In this document: in pieces, positions 41,908 to 47,991 of the stretch
Layout of the letters: every line of letters starts with the position of its first letter
Position numbering within the stretch: the first letter of the stretch is position 1
Origin: Craspedostauros australis
Lineage: Eukaryota
Length of the DNA stretch: 47,991 bases
Reading direction: 5' to 3'
Assembly (NCBI GenBank): GCA_030167865.1
Contig: JALAGF010005289.1
Location: forward strand, 1-47,991
Notes under the pieces: model-generated
The model's input: only the letters and a program-made list of their open reading frames with translations
What the model was told of the DNA's origin: nothing
The model's database searches: none
Translations under genes and position numbers: made by a program

Positions 41908-44900
41908 TGGGCGTGGTTTTGATGGATGAGTGCTTGGTGGTGTTGCTGTTGTTGCTTTTGTTGTGGGTGTTCCGGTTTGTGCTTGGGTGATCAGGGTTTA
42001 TGGTCTGATGTGATTCGATGTGATGGTTGGGGAAGTCCACGAGTACCCTTATGGTGCGTGGTATGTGGTGTATGGTACTTGTGTGGCAGAGGAGGCGAAT
42101 TTGCAGACGCGTCGATGGATGGGCAAGAGCAGACGAACGGACGAATGGATCAATGAATCGCCGAGATGTAGTAATTGTACGGGATGTGGCAGAGCTTTGT
42201 AATGATTGGATGTCCCGTGGCCTTGTGCCGATCTGCAGTCTCGGATGGAGTTTCTGCAAGCAATAACTGATGGCCCCGCTGTTGGTAGTTTTGGGTGGCG
42301 ATGACCTTGGGATCTGCGATGGCCCAACAGGATGTTGGGAATGGTAAGAACGCTGTATTGTTGGAGCGCGATACACTTTAGATCCTGTCAATCTGGTGGC
42401 GTTCCTATTCTCTCGGGATCCGGAAGCGCGCTGCCTCTTTGAAACGGCGTGGACAGCTGAGCTGAGCTGAGCTGGCTGCCTGGGTGGATGCTGGTACGTA
42501 CTTGTTTGTGTACGGATGCGGGTACTCCGTGTGCTGGTGCACCTGGAGAGTACTTCCGTTTCTGCTTGCGCCGGTTGGTGGGGTTGATCCTTCTGTTGTC
42601 GACAGCGATTATTCCTGCGTCCCTGTGATGTTCCTGCCAACTTGTTTGGATCGTGTCCAATGAAAGGGGACGCCGAGATGAGATGAGACAAGACGAGGCA
42701 AGAGCCACGGAGTCTGCCCTTGGTTGACGTACTGATTCGATGAATACTCGCTGCAGAGCGCGCCACGCAATAGATCTTTGGATGGCAGAGCTGTCCTTGG
42801 TGGCCTCAGCCTCTTGATATCAGCGCCAGTGTTGGTGACACAAGCGAACGCAGCAGAATCCAGCACACCTGTTCAAGGGAGGAAGGATGCGGTTGGGTTG
42901 GCGGAGAACGGCGCCAGACGATGGTACCAAAGAATGAATCCGAGATCTCTTGATGGAGAGCAGATGGCGATGATCGCTGGTGTTGTTCGAAGAGTGTCGA
43001 TGTGATGTGTGCCGCGTCAAAGGGGCATCGGTTTCGATTCACCCGAAAGAACCGACGGATAAAGTTGATGTGGTGCAGATAGAGAGACGCGTCGGCGGGT
43101 CGTTGCGTTTCTGTCAATGTTGTGGCGTCGCTTGGCTGTGAGTGCGTACAGGTGCTCTCACTTCGAGCAGCGAGTAGTCAAGGTGGTTGTTGATGGGTTG
43201 TTGGTGGGTTGTTGCTTGCTGAGCTGGTGAGTGTGGCGGCTCTGCAGTTCGGTGATGCGGCAGCGTTCGTGTGTAGCTCCTCTTTGGTTGCTCCCCCCTT
43301 GTGATGTGTGTGGTATCTGCTGTTTTTGGTTTTGGTTTTGTTTGTACACCTGTTGCGCACCGAAGGTCTTTGCCACCGTCTTCCCTTCCGCAGGCAGTGA
43401 AGGGCTTCCTGTGTGTGGTACGGCACACGCGTAGAGACCGTCTCGTTGCGATGATAGTTTCGGCAGAGGAAGACGAAGAATAGCCGGTTCTGGTCAAAGA
43501 TTGTTCGGTGTTGCGTTGTACGAGTCTTGTGTTTTGTACCTCTCGAATCTGCAACCAGGGCCTCTCTTGTGTGTGGTGTTGAAAGACTGTGTCAATGAGG
43601 AGATGATGTTCACACTAACGATGCAATTTCGGCAGAATTGCGCGTTTTATGGGTTGCAATAATACTTGCGTGCATGTGTAGTTCGTATGTCCTCCATGCA
43701 TCTGCTGCGTGTGTTGCCATCCATGTGTTGAAACTGTTCTGTTTGTTCGTGGGAGAGTTCCAGAGAGATCTCACACCTCTTCCCTTGTGTCCTTGTGTCT
43801 TTGCTCCGAGCGTGGTGTGAGTGTGGCGCTCGCAGCTCACAGTTCGCATGGTGCAACAATGAGAGACAAACACAGAGAGGCAGAGTGGCAGAGACAGCAG
43901 GGGAGAGCTCCTGCTGTTGTTGTTTGTGAAGTTCGAGCATGTTCGTCACATCCTCGTAGCGGTTGTACCGCGTCACACCAAACCGCTACATCGTTCCCCA
44001 CCACCGACGCGAACCATCCCCGTCATCGTTTCGCTGTTGTGTGGACCTCTTTGCTGGCGGTATGGGAGCTTTTGACGACCACAATCAACCAACACCACGA
44101 ATTGGCGGAGAAAGTGACTGGCTTGTTCTGTCTGATTTCTTCTTGCACTTCAACCGGCCAGAACACCGAGATGTCGTGGGGTGTACACACGATGTCGTCT
44201 CAGTCCTACGTGGAGCGAATATCGTCGAACCGTTGTTGAAGTTCATATGTTCGAGTCCAGGATGCAAGTCACGAGAACCGCTGTTCGGAGCGAAAAGCGG
44301 ATGCCTCCAGCCACCGCGACGGGTCATAGGTACTTCATCACAAGACCCGAAACATCAACCGTGGCTCCAAAACTCGGCACAACGCAACCCAACCCAACCC
44401 AACGAACAGGAACTGATACTCAACAGCACCATGGCGCCACCGCAACGATGACATGGGGACATGACAACACAGGGTGGGGATGTTGCAGGAAGGAGAAACG
44501 AGGCTGTGGACGGACGGCTTTGGTGGACATGCGAGCCACAGCACCATGCCTACGACTACTCGTATCGCGGAGATGATGATCTTCCCAAAAGCCAAACAGA
44601 GGCAAGACCGGTTTGGCCGCTGTGGGGGCTGCTTTGCGCGTCCTCTCTTCCCCTGGACCAGAGTTGGCAGACGTTCCAATGAAGCAGCACAGCAGGAACA
44701 GGACGACTCCACCGCTGCATCCATAATTGGCGTCACCACTGGGCGCCAAACAAGAAAGGAGAACGATGTCATCCACAAGGACGGCATCCGTCGCACCCAG
44801 CGTTGTGTTCGTCCTGGGCAAGAGAGCACTCCGAACCAAAGCAAAGCCGTCGCAGGCTCGACGGCTGCTCCGAAGAAATATCCATTGGAAGGTGAACGGC

Positions 44901-46546
44901 GAGTTGGACACGAAGATCCGTGCAGAACGCAAGCAGCGAAAGCATCCGTGATGCCCATCCGTGCTCGCACGTGTACGACTACGACTACTCTTACGAGTAA
45001 TACATCACCAAGAATTTGAAGTGAGGTGGTCCTGAGACAAAAAACGATGCAACAGATAACGCAGCTCTCATGTTTCCCAACACAAGAACTGAACTTCCTT
45101 TTCTGATTCTGCCGTTCCGAGAGTACTGTTTCGTGCTTCTGATTGCTTGCGCTGTGGTGATGTTATTGCGGATTCTCGCTGCTGATGTCGGCACCCATAC
45201 CATCTCACGGCTCTGGAGAGTACTATGGTACCGTTGTGCTTGCACCGTCTCCAGCCGTGCCCAAAAGTCGCAGCGTCGCGAGGCTGGGAAGTTGACTACA
45301 TCCATCCGTGGCCGGTCGATTCAACAGCCGATTGGATGCTGCGTTGTTGATTCACCGACGCTCGAACTGCATGGCACCATTCTGTGTGTCAGCTGGGCGG
45401 TTGATTGGTTGGTTTGGTCTTGTTTGTATCGCTGCATGAGGCAGAACAATTTGGGTCTTGTTGCTGAACACTGCGTCGGAAGCTGGCAATTCAGACAAAG
45501 CCATCATTGAAGTGAAGTCGTGGAGCAACTTCGGCTCGCCCGAATGGATGCATCCAGTTTCACGGGACATGCAATGCAATGCTGAACCAACAAAGACCAC
45601 GAGTACGTTTGGAACTCAATGAAACTTTCCACACTGTTGCTGACATGGCGAATCTGCATCCAAGACCAAGGCTTAGCAACGGCTGTCACAGGAGTTCGCC
45701 GCAAACATCGAAACTAAGACAGCCGCTCACCGTTCGGAGAGTATCCCCGTCAACAACCAAACATGAATGCTCTGCCATGCGAGGACTCGTAGCTCGTAGC
45801 TCGTATGGTGCGAGGCTTCACCCGTCTTGCGAGTTACGGGAGCCTGAGAGGATGCTATGCTGTGCTCTTGAGCTCGTACTCGATTCCTCCTGTGTCGCTC
45901 TGTTGGGCGATCTGCCCCTTCGCCGTTTGTCGCCTCTTGTTTGCGTTCGGACACCGGTGTGATCGCCAGTCCATGGAGTTCATCCTCCACCGCGCAATTC
46001 CCCCGAGAGGGGCGACTCCGAAGAGAACTGGGCATGATTCGTTGGCTGGTCCTTGCTGCCAACTTATCAACGCAATTCTGTGGAGCGTGGAGCACGACCT
46101 GGATGCGCAACCTCAACAGACCGAGTCTCCCCAGTTTTGCCATCTTGGAACGTTGTGGACAACAACAACCTTGTTGTGCCTTCTTCGGTTCCTTTGGACG
46201 CGCGGATGATCGTTGAGGCTTCGCTGATTGGACACGTGTTCGTATCGCAGCGCAGCTCAGCGAAGGCGGTAGCGAATCCGGTTGTGCTGCTAAAATAAGG
46301 GCTCCCCTTGCGTCCAAGGAGATACAAAGTACGATTAGTTCACCATGGGAACCGCGGTAAAGACCATATATTGGTCGGTTTGCCGATGGGACTCCAATAG
46401 TAGTCCAAGTAATCCGTTGCAACAAATTAGACTATCTAGAAGGTACTACCGTAGACAACAAATCGTCCTAGTGTGATCATGGTGATTAGAGTTATTCGTT
46501 AATAGTGTTATTCTTGTTCGTGTGTTGAGGGGTGGTCGGGATAGTC

Positions 46547-47991
46547 TCACTCGGTCTCTGTGCTGTCGTCATCGCCTTTTTTCAAGTTCGCAGGTGCTGG
46601 TGTGACTTCGAAATCGCTGTCGCTATCGCTGTCCATGTGGAGGTCGATCAACACAGCCTCACGCTTTCTACGCTTCGTTTTAGCGATGCGCGGTGCGCGG
46701 GCGCAGGAGGGGACAGGAGGCGGCATCACGACCGAGACGGGGACAGAAGGAACAGCNGCTGGGCTGGAACGGCATGCCATGGCACGGGGAGCACGTTTGC
46801 GAGAAGCAGAACGGCGCGCGCGACGAGCGACTGTCATCCTGTTCACGGACACACGAGATGGCGCAGGATCAGACTGGCCAATTGGAAACAAAAAGAAAGC
46901 AGGTGTGAGTGTGCAAGTTGATGTCATGCGCAAGAGGCGAGTGTGGCATCAATGGGGCTTACCTCGAAACATTCTCCGGATCCGGTTCCTCGGCGGCCTT
47001 GTGGAAACGGGGGAGGAGCAGCAGAGGACGGAACANNNNNNNNNNNNNNNNNNNNNNNNNNNNNNNNNNNNNNNNNNNNNNNNNNNNNNNNNNNNNNNNN
47101 NNNNNNNNNNNNNNNNNNNNNNNNNNNNNNNNNNNNNNNNNNNNNNNNNNNNNNNNNNNNNNNNNNNNNNNNNNNNNNNNNNNNNNNNNNNNNNNNNNNN
47201 NNNNNNNNNNNNNNNNNNNNNNNNNNNNNNNNNNNNNNNNNNNNNNNNNNAATCAAGAGAGGCGCATCAGCCTCCACCTCGCTGTCACGGTCATTGAGAT
47301 TGACGGCCGGATTGAGGAAGTCGACGCCGTGCATCGCATGATCAGTGGTCATCTCAAAACGATCACTCACTTGGATGGGGAGAATCTCCCTGTGAATGCG
47401 GTAGGGTTGGGGATGTCCGCGACACATCCTGCGGACAGCAAGCGCATACGACTCGCCCCGCTCGCGTTGTCCCTGAAAAGAGCGCATGTTGAAGTGTGTA
47501 GGCAGCTTCTCGTTTAGGCGGTCAAGCAGCTCCTTGTCCGTAGCTACAGTGGATCCGAGTTCGTGGTTCTGCTTCAACCCCACCTCCAAAACGCGTCCTT
47601 GCTCCTTGATTGACGCTTTGACGTCACCGTAGCAAGTCCCACCTGGCAACTCGAAAGTAATTTCAAGCACCTCGCCATGGCCTTGAGGAGAGTACACGTG
47701 ACGCACAGCAGGTAAGAAGACCAGGCTGTTCTTGTTCATCCAATCAGAAATGGATTGCGCACGACTCGGACCCTCTTGNNNNNNNNNNNNNNNNNNNNNN
47801 NNNNNNNNNNNNNNNNNNNNAGCAGAGGCAGGACGAACAGCAGCAGGAGAAGCCACAGGAACAGACGAGGGCTCAGGAGGAGCAACAGTCATCATGCTCG
47901 CCGCGTCGTATGCAGGTCTGGGGGTTGGTGGCGGATTGGTGGGGACAGGTGGCAGATGGGTGGGGACAGGTGCCGCGACGTGCGCATGGAT
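46547..47991 (-). CDS. Partial, gapped gene: Pro-rich protein with a possible alpha-crystallin/HSP20-like domain
   Basis: Frame is open from the right edge (IHAHVAAPVPTHLPP…). Domain 'LEITFELPGG…DVKASIKEQGRVLEVG…REILPIQV'. An 89-bp phase-0 intron 46962-46874 (GTAAGC…GGCCAG) joins GECFE|SDPAP to a last exon ending at 46547. Frame across the N gaps cannot be verified. Confidence 0.55.
47036..47250. other. Assembly gap (215 N); also 47779-47820 (42 N) and a single N at 46757
   Basis: Runs of n in the sequence. Confidence 0.99.

Noticed and set aside
41810..43600. ORFs of 318 aa and 146 aa upstream of the Q-rich gene
   Set aside because: Non-ATG starts and microsatellite-derived composition; more likely UTR or intergenic sequence.
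44249..44258. GTTCGAGTCC, resembling a tRNA T-loop/B-box
   Set aside because: The flanks do not form a T-stem, and no acceptor, D or anticodon arms can be built.
44431..45019. Possible gene or pseudogene (ATG in good context at 44431 followed by an early TGA; 181-aa ORF 44474-45019)
   Set aside because: No recognisable domain, no consistent frame and no clear splice model.
45727..46425. 232-aa minus-strand ORF
   Set aside because: Non-ATG start, no domain and no evident codon bias.
46340..46530. AT-rich stretch with short hairpins (gacca-tatat-tggtc; ggact…agtcc) as a transposon end
   Set aside because: Stems are only 5 bp; no matching second terminus, target-site duplication or transposase was seen.

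Overview
Eukaryotic nuclear DNA, most likely from a diatom or other photosynthetic stramenopile. This is inferred from compact genes, GT(A/G)-AG introns of about 90-560 bp, bipartite-type N-termini and protein motifs I recognise from diatom proteomes. About 18 protein-coding genes can be supported: a Cys-rich multi-pass membrane protein, a Cys-rich type I membrane protein, a GT-A (GT2/GT92-like) glycosyltransferase, a rhomboid protease, a Golgi-type sulfotransferase, a mitoferrin-like carrier, spliced PGAP1, spliced NDUFA5, a 1015-aa ankyrin-repeat protein, PLPBP/YggS, a spliced membrane-anchored PLOD-type 2OG-Fe(II) oxygenase, a 3-exon FKBP12 ending in a CaaX box, a spliced Pro-1 tautomerase-like protein, a 3-exon F-box/beta-helix protein, an SR/K-rich protein, CCT8, a Q-rich protein, and a gapped partial gene with an alpha-crystallin-like domain at the right edge. 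A small secreted-protein pseudogene lies at 23.4-23.7 kb. I found no rRNA, tRNA, CRISPR array or intact transposon. The most notable items are the apparently prenylated FKBP12 paired head-to-head with a tautomerase, the receptor/adhesin-like protein with an NPxY tail next to glycan-modifying and rhomboid genes, and the lumen-facing lysyl-hydroxylase-like enzyme. All product calls come from motif recognition by eye; no searches were run.
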